Origin: Bacteroidota bacterium
GTDB taxonomy: Bacteria; Bacteroidota; Ignavibacteria; T3Sed10-11
NCBI GenBank assembly: GCA_007131635.1
Contig: SLQE01000063.1
Coordinates: forward strand, 1-42,556
Reading direction: 5' to 3'
Length of the DNA: 42,556 nt
The notes under the pieces were generated by a model, which was not told the DNA's origin, made no database searches, and saw only the letters and a list, made by a program, of their open reading frames with translations. The translations under genes were made by a program, and so were the position numbers. Of this stretch, positions 28,533 through 38,045 are shown piece after piece (within the stretch, counting starts at the first letter, position 1; each line of letters begins with the position of its first letter).

Positions 28533-28775
28533 ATGTTTGGAAATCTTGGTGCAACAGAAATTATTCTCATTCTCCTCGTCATCCTGATTTTTTTCGGTGC
28601 ACGAAAAATTCCTGAACTCGCTCAGGGACTCGGGAAGGGTATGCGTGAATTCAGGAAAGCGGCACGGGAAATTCAGGATGATATCAATGAAGAGAAGCGG
28701 CATATAAACGAGCCGTCATCGACGAGGAAAACCGAAAAATCGTCATCTGAAACCGACAATACCGATAAAAGTTAA
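28533..28775 (+). CDS. tatA: Twin-arginine translocase subunit TatA/TatE
   Basis: [43 protein letters not shown] shows the canonical TatA TM helix, hinge and amphipathic helix. An acidic/polar tail follows. Confidence 0.9.
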   Translation: MFGNLGATEIILILLVILIFFGARKIPELAQGLGKGMREFRKAAREIQDDINEEKRHINEPSSTRKTEKSSSETDNTDKS

Positions 28776-28804
28776 CATCCATAGGAATGTAAAATTACCG
28801 GAGA

Positions 28805-30229
28805 ATGATTGTAGAACAATCTGATTACAGCTCGCTGAGGAACGGAATCCTTAACGGCACACCTTCCGTCTTAAATCTCGTATCAGATTATCTCAAACGG
28901 ATAAAAGAATACGCTGATCTGAATGCATACATTACCGTATTCGATGAATGGGCGCAAGAGCAGGCAGTCGAGGTAGATCAGAAAATACGGGGTAATAAGG
29001 ATCTACCGTTGGCCGGTATGATACTTTCCATCAAAGATAATATTTGTATCCGGAACAGTCGTGTTACCTGCGGTTCAAAAATGTTGGGTGAATTTTCATC
29101 ATTATACGATGCAACTGTTATTGAACGGTTGAGAGATGCCGGAGCTGTAATAATAGGCAAAACGAATATGGATGAATTTGCCATGGGCTCGTCGAGTGAG
29201 AATTCTCATTTTGGTGCAGTCCTCAATCCTCGCAATACAGATTATGTACCGGGAGGATCAAGCGGCGGGTCAGCGGTTGCGGTTGCTGCAGACCTCGCCA
29301 TCGCAGCACTTGGCAGCGATACCGGTGGGTCTATCCGGCAACCGGCGGCATATACGGGGGTATATGGATTCAAACCGACCTACGGAAGGGTGTCGCGATA
29401 CGGGTTGGTTGCATTTGCATCTTCATTCGATCAGATCGGTCCGTTCGCACGGTCGGTTTACGATACCGCGTTGTTGCTAAAAACCATCTCCGGATATGAT
29501 CTCTCCGATTCGACGTCGGTGAATCTACCCGTTCCGGATTATACCGGTAACCTTACACGGGATATAGCAAATATCAGGATAGGTTTGCCTGAGGAATATT
29601 TTACGCAGGACCTGCAGGAAAATATTCGTGTGGTTATCGATAAAAAAATTCAGCATTTGAGGGAGAACGGGGCTCAGATCGAAAAAATATCCTTGCCGCA
29701 TACGGAATACAACATCGCTACGTATTACATTTTAACGACGGCAGAGGCCTCTTCCAATTTAGCGCGATATGACGGCGCACGGTATGCCTATCGCGCGGAT
29801 AATGTAGCCGATCTGAAGGATATGTATACACGCTCAAGATCCGAAGGGTTTGGTGAAGAGGTAAAAAGACGCATTATGCTCGGCACATATGTTTTATCTT
29901 CCGGGTATTATGAAGCATATTACCGCAAGGCGCAGAAAGCGCGAAGATTAGTTAAAGAGGATTTTGATAAGGCGTTTTCACGGGTTGATTGTATTATCAC
30001 CCCCACCTCACCCACAACCGCTTTTCGCCTCGGCGAGAAAATAGAAGATCCGCTCCGGATGTATCTGTCGGATATTTACACGACATCGGCAAATCTCGCC
30101 GGCATTCCTGGCTTTAGTATTCCTGCGGAAACCGATCAGAACGGACTACCGATTGGTATGCAATTGCTCGGGAAACAGTTTGACGAACAAACACTGCTCA
30201 ATGTAGCATATGCACTTGAAAATAACTAA
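28805..30229 (+). CDS. gatA: Asp-tRNA(Asn)/Glu-tRNA(Gln) amidotransferase subunit A
   Basis: Amidase signature [13 protein letters not shown]...[13 protein letters not shown]. The GatA-like N-terminus (LNAYITV) and its length of 474 aa fit the family. Confidence 0.88.
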   Translation: MIVEQSDYSSLRNGILNGTPSVLNLVSDYLKRIKEYADLNAYITVFDEWAQEQAVEVDQKIRGNKDLPLAGMILSIKDNICIRNSRVTCGSKMLGEFSSLYDATVIERLRDAGAVIIGKTNMDEFAMGSSSENSHFGAVLNPRNTDYVPGGSSGGSAVAVAADLAIAALGSDTGGSIRQPAAYTGVYGFKPTYGRVSRYGLVAFASSFDQIGPFARSVYDTALLLKTISGYDLSDSTSVNLPVPDYTGNLTRDIANIRIGLPEEYFTQDLQENIRVVIDKKIQHLRENGAQIEKISLPHTEYNIATYYILTTAEASSNLARYDGARYAYRADNVADLKDMYTRSRSEGFGEEVKRRIMLGTYVLSSGYYEAYYRKAQKARRLVKEDFDKAFSRVDCIITPTSPTTAFRLGEKIEDPLRMYLSDIYTTSANLAGIPGFSIPAETDQNGLPIGMQLLGKQFDEQTLLNVAYALENN

Positions 30230-30262
30230 TCCAGTAACCCGAAACAAAGAACGAGTAAAATC

Positions 30263-31216
30263 ATGAGTGTACTTGTAGACAAGAAAACGAAACTTGTAGT
30301 GCAGGGAATAACAGGAGGTGAAGGAAGTTTCCATACCCAGCAAATGCTTGAATACGGAACGAACGTCGTCGCGGGAGTTACTCCCGGCAAAGGAGGCATG
30401 TTTCATCAGGATATTCCGGTGTTTAATACCGTTGAAGATGCAGTCAGAGAAACCGGTGCAAACGCATCGGTTATATTTGTACCCGCCGCGTTTGCCGCGG
30501 ATGCCATTCTCGAAGGTATACAGGCAAATCTTCCATTGATCGTCTGTATTACCGAAGGCATACCCACCCGTGATATGATGCGTGTCAAAACCGCACTCGA
30601 TGCGAGCGATACCCGGCTCATAGGGCCGAACTGCCCCGGTGTTATATCACCGGGAAAGGCAAAAATAGGTATTATGCCTGGCTTCATTCACAAGAAAGGT
30701 AATGTAGGCGTCGTTTCGCGGAGCGGTACGCTCACCTATGAAGCTGTACATCAATTAACCCAACTCGGTATAGGCCAGTCGACCTGCATCGGGATCGGAG
30801 GCGACCCGATTGTCGGGACACAATTTGTTGACGCAATAAAACTTTTTAACGATGATAAGGATACCGATGCGATTGTCATGATTGGTGAGATAGGCGGGAC
30901 CGCGGAGGAAGAAGCTGCAGAATACGTGAAAAAAAATGTTAAAAAACCTGTCATCGGTTTTATTGCGGGACGCACTGCTCCTCCGGGAAGAAGAATGGGG
31001 CATGCCGGAGCAATTATTGCAGGCGGAAAAGGAACAGCGATGGAAAAAATGGAAACCATGCGCAAAGCCCGCATAACGGTTGTCGAGAACCCCGCTGTTA
31101 TAGGTGAAACGGTGAAACGCGTTATGAAACGCCGGGGTTTGCTGAAATCAACGACGGCGACGAAAAAACCGGTCAAAAAAGCAACTGCTCCACCAAAGAA
31201 AATGTCAGGAAAATGA
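30263..31216 (+). CDS. sucD: Succinate--CoA ligase (ADP/GDP-forming) subunit alpha, with a basic C-terminal tail
   Basis: [45 protein letters not shown]. The phosphohistidine loop RMGHAGAII and [10 protein letters not shown] are present. About 27 extra Lys/Pro/Ala/Thr-rich residues follow the normal end. Confidence 0.92.
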   Translation: MSVLVDKKTKLVVQGITGGEGSFHTQQMLEYGTNVVAGVTPGKGGMFHQDIPVFNTVEDAVRETGANASVIFVPAAFAADAILEGIQANLPLIVCITEGIPTRDMMRVKTALDASDTRLIGPNCPGVISPGKAKIGIMPGFIHKKGNVGVVSRSGTLTYEAVHQLTQLGIGQSTCIGIGGDPIVGTQFVDAIKLFNDDKDTDAIVMIGEIGGTAEEEAAEYVKKNVKKPVIGFIAGRTAPPGRRMGHAGAIIAGGKGTAMEKMETMRKARITVVENPAVIGETVKRVMKRRGLLKSTTATKKPVKKATAPPKKMSGK

Positions 31217-31234
31217 TTTATTGAAAGGTAATGT

Positions 31235-31666
31235 ATGGCAGTAGAAAGAACACTTGCAATATTAAAACCGGACTGTGTAAGAAAAGATCTTATTGGTGCG
31301 GTTGTTAAACAAATTCAGGAAAATGAATTTAAGATCGTATCGTTGAAAATGGTTCGCCTGTCTAAGGAGGGAGCAGAGGGTTTCTATGAAGTACACCGGG
31401 GCAGGCCGTTTTTTGAAGATTTAACGGTTTTTATGAGCTCAGGAGCATGTGTGCCAATGGTTCTCGAAAAAGAGAATGCTGTGTCGGATTTCCGCAAGCT
31501 TATCGGTGCTACCGATCCCGCGGAAGCGGAGCACGGCACGGTACGGAAATTATACGCCGATAGCAAAGGCGAAAATATCGTCCATGGCTCTGATTCTCCG
31601 GAAAACGCGGGAATTGAGATCGCGTATTTCTTTCCCATAAGTGAATTAGTTCAAATGCATAAATAA
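31235..31666 (+). CDS. ndk: Nucleoside-diphosphate kinase
   Basis: [10 protein letters not shown], active-site NIVHGSDS, and a length of 143 aa. Confidence 0.93.
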   Translation: MAVERTLAILKPDCVRKDLIGAVVKQIQENEFKIVSLKMVRLSKEGAEGFYEVHRGRPFFEDLTVFMSSGACVPMVLEKENAVSDFRKLIGATDPAEAEHGTVRKLYADSKGENIVHGSDSPENAGIEIAYFFPISELVQMHK

Positions 31667-31678
31667 ACTCTTCAGTAA

Positions 31679-31725
31679 GTGGTCTACCTGATAGCGATGC
31701 CCGGAAGGTAGACCACATTATTCTT
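31679..31725 (+). terminator. Putative intrinsic terminator downstream of ndk
   Basis: Perfect 11-bp inverted repeat GTGGTCTACCT (31679-31689) / AGGTAGACCAC (31706-31716). It starts 13 nt after the ndk stop and is followed by A/T-rich sequence (attattcttaaaatttt). Confidence 0.55.
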
Positions 31726-31820
31726 AAAATTTTCCCACATCGGTTCATTTTTTACTTGATTTATTTGTAGTATTTCCTTAGATTATAACATTTTACCGTA
31801 ATACGAAATCTTGAAAGCCT

Positions 31821-33764
31821 ATGCGCATGGCACCGTCATCCGGCAAAATCACCTTTTATGATGTATTACGTACCCTTACCGCAAAAGATGTATTGCTGGC
31901 GGTGATCGGTGCAATTTTATTAGCACTTGGAATAATAAACGGAACGGCAGTTATAATAGTCGCCGTTATTTTTATTTCCATTGGCCTGTGGGGTTATATT
32001 TATTTTTCAATAGCTGCAAAAATTGCTTCATCGGAACCCCATCGCGCCGCAAATGAGAAACCCGAAATTCGGCATTCCTCCGGGTCTGCCGGTTTTGATG
32101 ATCTGCCGTACATGAATGAAGATGCCGAAATTCAAGATGACACGAAAGAAATGTATGATGCCGTAGGGGAACGAAAATTCAGTATGCAAAATACCGGACC
32201 GGTAAAGTACAAGAAAAAAGAACAATTGACGACCGCGGATCTCACGGAGTTTTTCGATCTTGAGTCGGAGATATTTCCCAGCAGCAGTGAACCGCGTAGT
32301 GAGTTTGAATTCTTGCTCGGGAAAGTGCTCGCGGCAATAAAAGAGTCTCTGATAGCACATACCGCAGCATTCTTCTGGGTGAACTTTGATAAAAAACAAC
32401 TCGTGTTTCAGGGCAGGGCGAGCGATAGCCAGAATCTGGTGGCTGAACGGAAATTACCGCTTGGAAATGATATCGTTAGTCAGATAGCACGAAACGGTAA
32501 GCCGGAGTTCATATCGCACATCAATCCCAGTTCGGAACGGGATATTTTACATTATTATCGTGATATCGATTTTGTGAAATCCTTTATCGGTGTCCCCGTC
32601 CATTACCAGGGAAGAGAATCCGAAAAAACGGTGGTCGGCGTACTTGCTATCGACAGTAAAGCCGAAGATGCATTCGGCTCGGAAACACTCACGTTGCTCG
32701 GTCAATTTACAAAATTGCTGACTGCGCTGATAAAAAGTCATACTGAAAAGTATGATCTACTCCTCGATTCGGAACTCGTACTGGCAATTCGTAAAATGCA
32801 CGAATCAATGCGGGAGAATCTTGAACTTCGTACCATCGTGCAGACACTGATAGATCATACGAAAAGATTGATCGGGTATGATTACATCGCTATTACGATG
32901 TTTAATGATGATAAACGATCCTGGGTCATTTATCAGGTCGATATATCCGAGGGAGGTACGTATATTTCACCGCATCAGATTATCAACACCGAGAAAAGTC
33001 TGGTCGGTGCGGTACTTGAAAACAACAAACACCTGCTTGTCGATGATCTTTCTACTGTTGATATACCCCGATTCAATGATGAGGAAAAGATCGATAGCAA
33101 CGGTTCGATCTTAATAGCTCCGATAAGTTCGTTCAAAAAGTGTTATGGGACAATAAGTCTCGAACGCCGGGATCGGTCCGGTTATTCAGCACGCGATATC
33201 GAGGTCCTCTACCGTCTGGTCGAGAATACAGCCTCGGCACTTGAGATTTTGTATATGGCGGACCTCGTTGATAAGTATGTAATTGTTGACGAGGAAACGA
33301 ATGTTCTAAAGAAAAATTTCTTTGAGCAAAGGTTAAAAGATGAAATTCGTCGGGCGGACGATTTTGGACATGACCTGACCTATGTCATGCTGTCGATCGA
33401 TTCTATGCAGCAAATTCTTGACCGTTTCGGGAAGGATGGTCTTGATTCGGCTATATATTCGTTTTCAAAGTTCCTGCAAAGTGCCGTCAGGCAATATGAT
33501 CTCATCGGAAGGCTCGATTATAACAAATTCGGTGTTATCCTGCTGAATACAGCAGCAAGCGATGGGTATTTGTGGGCCGAGAAAGTACGGAAAAATTTCG
33601 CCAGCCAGGTTCTGAAGTTGAATAATAAAACGACCTCGATTACAATTAGCTCGGGAGTTTGCGGTCTTACCGAATCAATGCAGTATTCGATGTTCACGAA
33701 ACAGGTCACTGCCGCATTGCAAAAAGCAATACAGAGCGGTGGCAACACAGTAAAAGTTTATTAA
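31821..33764 (+). CDS. Membrane-anchored GAF-GAF protein with a degenerate GGDEF domain (probable non-catalytic c-di-GMP sensor/effector)
   Basis: Two N-terminal TM helices. Two GAF-like segments follow (e.g. SFIGVPV...VVGVLAIDS and a second ...GTISLERRD). The C-terminal about 165 aa has GGDEF-domain topology, but the signature reads RLDYNKF instead of RxGGDEF. Confidence 0.7.
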   Translation: MRMAPSSGKITFYDVLRTLTAKDVLLAVIGAILLALGIINGTAVIIVAVIFISIGLWGYIYFSIAAKIASSEPHRAANEKPEIRHSSGSAGFDDLPYMNEDAEIQDDTKEMYDAVGERKFSMQNTGPVKYKKKEQLTTADLTEFFDLESEIFPSSSEPRSEFEFLLGKVLAAIKESLIAHTAAFFWVNFDKKQLVFQGRASDSQNLVAERKLPLGNDIVSQIARNGKPEFISHINPSSERDILHYYRDIDFVKSFIGVPVHYQGRESEKTVVGVLAIDSKAEDAFGSETLTLLGQFTKLLTALIKSHTEKYDLLLDSELVLAIRKMHESMRENLELRTIVQTLIDHTKRLIGYDYIAITMFNDDKRSWVIYQVDISEGGTYISPHQIINTEKSLVGAVLENNKHLLVDDLSTVDIPRFNDEEKIDSNGSILIAPISSFKKCYGTISLERRDRSGYSARDIEVLYRLVENTASALEILYMADLVDKYVIVDEETNVLKKNFFEQRLKDEIRRADDFGHDLTYVMLSIDSMQQILDRFGKDGLDSAIYSFSKFLQSAVRQYDLIGRLDYNKFGVILLNTAASDGYLWAEKVRKNFASQVLKLNNKTTSITISSGVCGLTESMQYSMFTKQVTAALQKAIQSGGNTVKVY

Positions 33765-33792
33765 ATTCATACAATAAATAAATGGAGATACA

Positions 33793-33990
33793 ATGGCAAA
33801 ATCACAAACATTTGCTGATAAGCTCAATAAATCGCAGAGAAAGTCAAAAGTGATTTGTACGAAGTGTGATACCGAGTTTTCATATATCTTATTAGTAAAC
33901 TCGAATAAATCGGAGAAGACGGGTGCGTACAGATTTAATCAACGTCAGGTCCGTGTGTGTAAATGTAATGAAAAGGAAGTTTATAATTAA
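33793..33990 (+). CDS. Small basic zinc-ribbon protein (possibly DUF4295-like)
   Basis: 65 aa. Cysteine pairs CTKCD and CKCN suggest a Zn ribbon. GGAGA Shine-Dalgarno site lies upstream. Its stop lies 2 nt before the deoB ATG. MAK... together with KSEKTGAYRF resembles the Bacteroidota DUF4295 small proteins, from memory only. Confidence 0.5.
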   Translation: MAKSQTFADKLNKSQRKSKVICTKCDTEFSYILLVNSNKSEKTGAYRFNQRQVRVCKCNEKEVYN

Positions 33991-33992
33991 GG

Positions 33993-35189
33993 ATGAAACG
34001 CTGTTTCCTCATAGTCCTTGACGGTGTGGGATTAGGAGAACTACCCGATGCCGATAGATATGGTGATCCGGGATCTGCAACGTTGGCTAACGTATCTGAA
34101 GCAGTGGGGGGAATGTCGTTACCGAATATGGAGAAGCTCGGACTCGGTAATATTATACCGATAAAAGGAGTATCACCGGTCTCAAAACCCCTTGCCGTCT
34201 ACGGAAAACTTCAGGAGCAATCGGCTGGTAAAGATAGCACGACCGGGCATTGGGAACTGGCGGGAATCATAACATCGAAACCTTTTCCGGTGTATCCGGA
34301 CGGGTTTCCAGAAAGCATTATTCGTTCATTTATCGATCGCACCGGATGCCAGAGCATTCTTGGGAATGTCCCGGCATCCGGTACGGAAATTATTGCCCGA
34401 CTCGGAAAACAACATCTCGAAACCGGTTACCCGATCGTGTATACGTCGGCAGATTCGGTTTTCCAGATAGCGACACACGAACATAGTATACCGCTCGAAC
34501 GTCTATATGAGTGGTGTCAGATAGCCCGTAATGAGGTCATGATTAACGAGCACGAAGTGAGCCGGGTAATTGCTAGACCGTTTGTGGGAAAACCGGACGC
34601 TTTCGAACGCACGGTGAACAGGAAAGATTTTTCAATCGAGCCGAAACGCAAAACAATTTTAGATCATCTTACCGATTCCGGTATAAAGACGATGACAATA
34701 GGTAAAGTGGATAACCTATTTGCCGGACGCGGGGTGCAGTCTTCCCTGCACACAAAAAATAATTCTGAAGGCATCGAGGCAATTATCGATACGCTTCATT
34801 CACTCGAAAGCGGTTTTGTATTTGTTAACCTTATTGATTTTGACCAGGAATTCGGGCATCGCAACGATGCGGTAGGTTTTGCCCGTGCCTTAACAGAATT
34901 CGACAGCGCCGTCCCCGAAATCCTGAACGCAATGCGCGAGAATGATTTACTCATTCTAACCAGCGATCACGGGAACGATCCAACGACACCCGGGACAGAT
35001 CATACCCGGGAATACGGTCTTTTCCTGGGATTGTTCGGGAAAAAAGGGGAGGGGACCAACGCAGGTACACGTGAATCTTTTGCGGACATTGCACAGACCT
35101 GTGCGGAATATTTTTCACTACCTGTCGAAATCCGCCGTGAATTGGATGGTACAAGTATCTATAATGTTTTTGAAACAGTAAGAAAATAA
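33993..35189 (+). CDS. deoB: Phosphopentomutase
   Basis: [20 protein letters not shown]...[27 protein letters not shown] and TSDHGNDPT are the metal-binding and catalytic motifs of DeoB. Length of 398 aa fits. Confidence 0.92.
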   Translation: MKRCFLIVLDGVGLGELPDADRYGDPGSATLANVSEAVGGMSLPNMEKLGLGNIIPIKGVSPVSKPLAVYGKLQEQSAGKDSTTGHWELAGIITSKPFPVYPDGFPESIIRSFIDRTGCQSILGNVPASGTEIIARLGKQHLETGYPIVYTSADSVFQIATHEHSIPLERLYEWCQIARNEVMINEHEVSRVIARPFVGKPDAFERTVNRKDFSIEPKRKTILDHLTDSGIKTMTIGKVDNLFAGRGVQSSLHTKNNSEGIEAIIDTLHSLESGFVFVNLIDFDQEFGHRNDAVGFARALTEFDSAVPEILNAMRENDLLILTSDHGNDPTTPGTDHTREYGLFLGLFGKKGEGTNAGTRESFADIAQTCAEYFSLPVEIRRELDGTSIYNVFETVRK

Positions 35190-35202
35190 AAGGATTACAC
35201 AC

Positions 35203-35472
35203 TTGGTTCTCGGTAAAGTAGTCGGTACCGTTTGGGCTACCCGTAAGGATGAAAATCTCACCGGATTGAAGTTTCTCATTGTACAGCACGCCGATATGGA
35301 CTATACTCTCAAGGATCAATACGTCGTAGCCGTCGATAGCGTCGGTGCCGGTGTAGGAGAAGTCGTTCTGGTCGCAACCGGTAGTTCTGCCCGGCAGACC
35401 GATGTAACGAAAAATAAGCCTGTCGATGCAGTCATTATGGCGATTGTAGACAAGCTTGATCTGGCAAATTGA
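35203..35472 (+). CDS. EutN/CcmL-family bacterial microcompartment vertex (BMC-P) protein, copy 1
   Basis: [15 protein letters not shown]...[25 protein letters not shown]...[11 protein letters not shown] compares with E. coli EutN ...AVAIDNIGAGTGEWVLLVSGSSARQ...PVDLCVIGIVD. TTG start with AAAGGA 8 nt upstream. It begins 13 nt after the deoB stop. Confidence 0.88.
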   Translation: MVLGKVVGTVWATRKDENLTGLKFLIVQHADMDYTLKDQYVVAVDSVGAGVGEVVLVATGSSARQTDVTKNKPVDAVIMAIVDKLDLAN

Positions 35473-35518
35473 AGAAACAAAATGCCCGTAAAAACGTATA
35501 TTTTAATACATTATCATT

Positions 35519-35791
35519 ATGTTTTTTGGTAAAGTAATAGGTACAATATGGGCAACAAGGAAAATTCCGGCACTCAATAATTTAAAATTACAGATTATTC
35601 AACCGGTTGATTCCCGGCGTTTGCCCAACGGAGCGCCAATAATAGCCGTCGATACCGTCGGTGCAGGTGTCGGAGAGACTATTTGTTATATCACTTCCCG
35701 TGAGGCAAGTATTCCGCTTCCGGAACCATTTGCGCCGGTTGATGCGGCCATTGTCGGTATTATTGACCGGATAGATTTAGAAAATTTTTGA
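35519..35791 (+). CDS. EutN/CcmL-family bacterial microcompartment vertex (BMC-P) protein, copy 2 (more divergent)
   Basis: MFFGKVIGTIWATRK...IIAVDTVGAGVGETICYITSREAS...PVDAAIVGIIDRID shows the same fold signature. The GSSAR motif is replaced by TSREA. Confidence 0.82.
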   Translation: MFFGKVIGTIWATRKIPALNNLKLQIIQPVDSRRLPNGAPIIAVDTVGAGVGETICYITSREASIPLPEPFAPVDAAIVGIIDRIDLENF

Positions 35792-35899
35792 AACTATGTG
35801 TTTTTAATTTTTGTTTATAAATTCTTAGATGGCCTTTTGTTATCATCCGCAACGGGGGACATCGAATTATTTAAAATTGTTCTAAAAATGAGGTGATGG

Positions 35900-36757
35900 A
35901 TGGTCAAGATAACCAAACAATACACTAATCGCGAAAGCCAGTCGCTGGAAAAGTACCTTCAGGAAATCGGTAAGGTCGATCTGCTTAAACCGGATGAAGA
36001 GATCGAGTTGGCCAGGCGTATTAAAAAAGGGGATCAGCTTTCGCTTGAAAAACTGACAAAAGCCAATCTGCGATTCGTGGTTAGTGTGGCAAAACAATAT
36101 CAAAATCAGGGTTTATCACTGGGAGACCTTATCAATGAGGGAAATCTCGGGCTGATAAAAGCAGCAAAGCGATTTGATGAGACACGTGGCTTTAAGTTTA
36201 TATCATATGCCGTGTGGTGGATCCGGCAATCAATTCTCCAGGCACTGGCCGAGCAGTCCCGTATCGTACGTCTACCGCTTAACCGCGTAGGTGCGCTGAA
36301 CAAGATCGGGAAGGCATTCTCCGCACTGGAGCAGGAATTTGAGCGCGAACCGAGTGCAAGCGAGCTTGCGGACGAACTCGACATGTCATTATTCGAAGTC
36401 GCAGATACGCTAAAGATCTCCGGACGCCACCTGTCTATGGATGCTCCATTTGCTCAGGGGGAAGATAATCGATTACTCGATGTGATCCACGATGACCGAC
36501 AGCCCTCCCCGGATAATTCACTTATGAAGGAATCTCTTAAACAGGAGGTGCGAAGAGCACTTTCGACTCTCTCCGACCGGGAGGCTGAAATCATCCGGCT
36601 ATATTTTGGATTGGACCTCGAGCATTCACTCACCCTGGAAGAGATTGGTGAACGGTTTAGTCTCACGAGGGAGCGTGTCCGTCAAATAAAGGAAAAAGCA
36701 CTCAGACGGCTGCGCGATAAAACGCGAAGTAAGACTCTCAAAGCTTATTTGGGATAA
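35900..36757 (+). CDS. rpoD: Primary-type sigma-70 factor (short Bacteroidota/Chlorobi-style RpoD/SigA)
   Basis: Region 2 reads [37 protein letters not shown]. Region 3 is present. Region 4 reads [28 protein letters not shown]. Length is 285 aa and there is no region 1.1. Confidence 0.88.
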   Translation: MVKITKQYTNRESQSLEKYLQEIGKVDLLKPDEEIELARRIKKGDQLSLEKLTKANLRFVVSVAKQYQNQGLSLGDLINEGNLGLIKAAKRFDETRGFKFISYAVWWIRQSILQALAEQSRIVRLPLNRVGALNKIGKAFSALEQEFEREPSASELADELDMSLFEVADTLKISGRHLSMDAPFAQGEDNRLLDVIHDDRQPSPDNSLMKESLKQEVRRALSTLSDREAEIIRLYFGLDLEHSLTLEEIGERFSLTRERVRQIKEKALRRLRDKTRSKTLKAYLG

Positions 36758-36782
36758 TCTAAATCCTATTTTGATAAAATTT

Positions 36783-36819
36783 CCCGGTGGTTTTAAAAAA
36801 CTGCCGGGTTCTTTATTTT
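36783..36819 (+). terminator. Putative intrinsic terminator downstream of rpoD
   Basis: Imperfect hairpin CCCGGTGG (36783-36790) / CTGCCGGG (36801-36808) with two G-U wobbles and an A/T loop. A T-rich run (ttctttatttt) follows. Confidence 0.45.
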
Positions 36820-36826
36820 AAGACTA

Positions 36827-37432
36827 ATGAGAACGTGCGTATCAATAGTAATTTTTTATTTCCTTTTAATCCCGGTAGTCGGTTGTGGAAGTGGGACGCC
36901 ACGTCACACGCAAGCCGATAATAGAAATACCGGAACGGAAAGAAGCGTTGAGACTGAGAGGTTCACCAGGGAACTGGAAAGGGCAGGACACGAAGAAAGA
37001 ATCGAAGACGACGTTAGCGTTAACGTAACCGAGGTAGGCAGCAGAATTGTCCTGCCGACAAACCGGGAAACCTTAATACTCCGTGAAATACTCCGGCATA
37101 TCGGAACACCGTACAGATTGGGAGGGCTCGGATCGGAAGGAATCGACTGCTCTGCATATACGCGACTCGTGTTCCGTACATCGGTAAATATGGATCTTCC
37201 GCGATCAACTGCGGATCAGTTCAGACAGGGCCGTCCGGTCCGCGTGAACGACCTTAAATTCGGCGATTTGATCTTTTTTAATACGACCGGAAGAAACCCG
37301 TCACACGTTGGCATATATCTCGGTGATAATTTATTCGCTCATGCATCAGTGACGTCCGGAGTGACAATATCATCGCTCGATAGTTCATATTTTCAGCGAC
37401 GTCTGACCGGTGCAAGAAGAATCTTGGATTAA
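36827..37432 (+). CDS. NlpC/P60 (C40) family peptidoglycan endopeptidase lipoprotein
   Basis: Lipobox LIPVVGC. The catalytic-Cys context is GTPYRLGGLGSEGIDCSAYTRLVF and the His context is PSHVGIYLGDNLFAHAS. Confidence 0.88.
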   Translation: MRTCVSIVIFYFLLIPVVGCGSGTPRHTQADNRNTGTERSVETERFTRELERAGHEERIEDDVSVNVTEVGSRIVLPTNRETLILREILRHIGTPYRLGGLGSEGIDCSAYTRLVFRTSVNMDLPRSTADQFRQGRPVRVNDLKFGDLIFFNTTGRNPSHVGIYLGDNLFAHASVTSGVTISSLDSSYFQRRLTGARRILD

Positions 37433-37485
37433 TTTCACCAGGAACAAAAAGATTATAAAAACAAACTATCTTTGATAAAATAATA

Positions 37486-38040
37486 ATGGCAATCCTTCCA
37501 ATTGTTACATACGGTCATCCGGCATTACGAGAAGAAGCTAAACCGGTCGAAGCGAAAGAGGAAATTCGCCAACTGGTTGAAAATATGTTTGAAACAATGA
37601 AAAACGCACTGGGCATCGGTCTCGCGGGAAACCAGGTCGATGCCCTCAAGCGTATTATCGTCATTGATCTGTCCGAACTCGATGATTATAAAGATCAGAA
37701 ACCGCTTGTCCTTATTAATCCCGAGATTATCTCACAGGAGGGCGAGTGGGAAATGGAGGAGGGTTGTTTGAGTATTCCGATTGTCCGGGACATCGTTACC
37801 CGAGCTGAGAAAATTCGTATACGGTATAAAGACATTAATTTCAATGATGTTGAACTCGATGCAGACTATATTCTCGGAAGGGTTATTCTCCACGAAATCG
37901 ATCATCTAAACGGTGTTTTATTTATTGATCATTTACCTCCCGGACGGCGGAAATTTCACAAAGGGCTGCTCCTGGACATTAAACGGGGTGAGCTGGAAAT
38001 ACCGTATCCTGTCATGACCGGCTTCGAACACACTACCTGA
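37486..38040 (+). CDS. def: Peptide deformylase
   Basis: All three PDF motifs are present: GIGLAGNQV, EGCLSIP and HEIDHLNG. Confidence 0.93.
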   Translation: MAILPIVTYGHPALREEAKPVEAKEEIRQLVENMFETMKNALGIGLAGNQVDALKRIIVIDLSELDDYKDQKPLVLINPEIISQEGEWEMEEGCLSIPIVRDIVTRAEKIRIRYKDINFNDVELDADYILGRVILHEIDHLNGVLFIDHLPPGRRKFHKGLLLDIKRGELEIPYPVMTGFEHTT

Positions 38041-38045
38041 AGAAT

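Noticed and set aside
30751-31176. 141-aa minus-strand ORF (and an 82-aa companion) inside sucD
   Set aside because: It is antisense to the best-conserved part of SucD. Its composition (Pro/Ala/Ser-rich) is what the reverse complement of a Gly/Ala-rich gene gives. There is no independent support.
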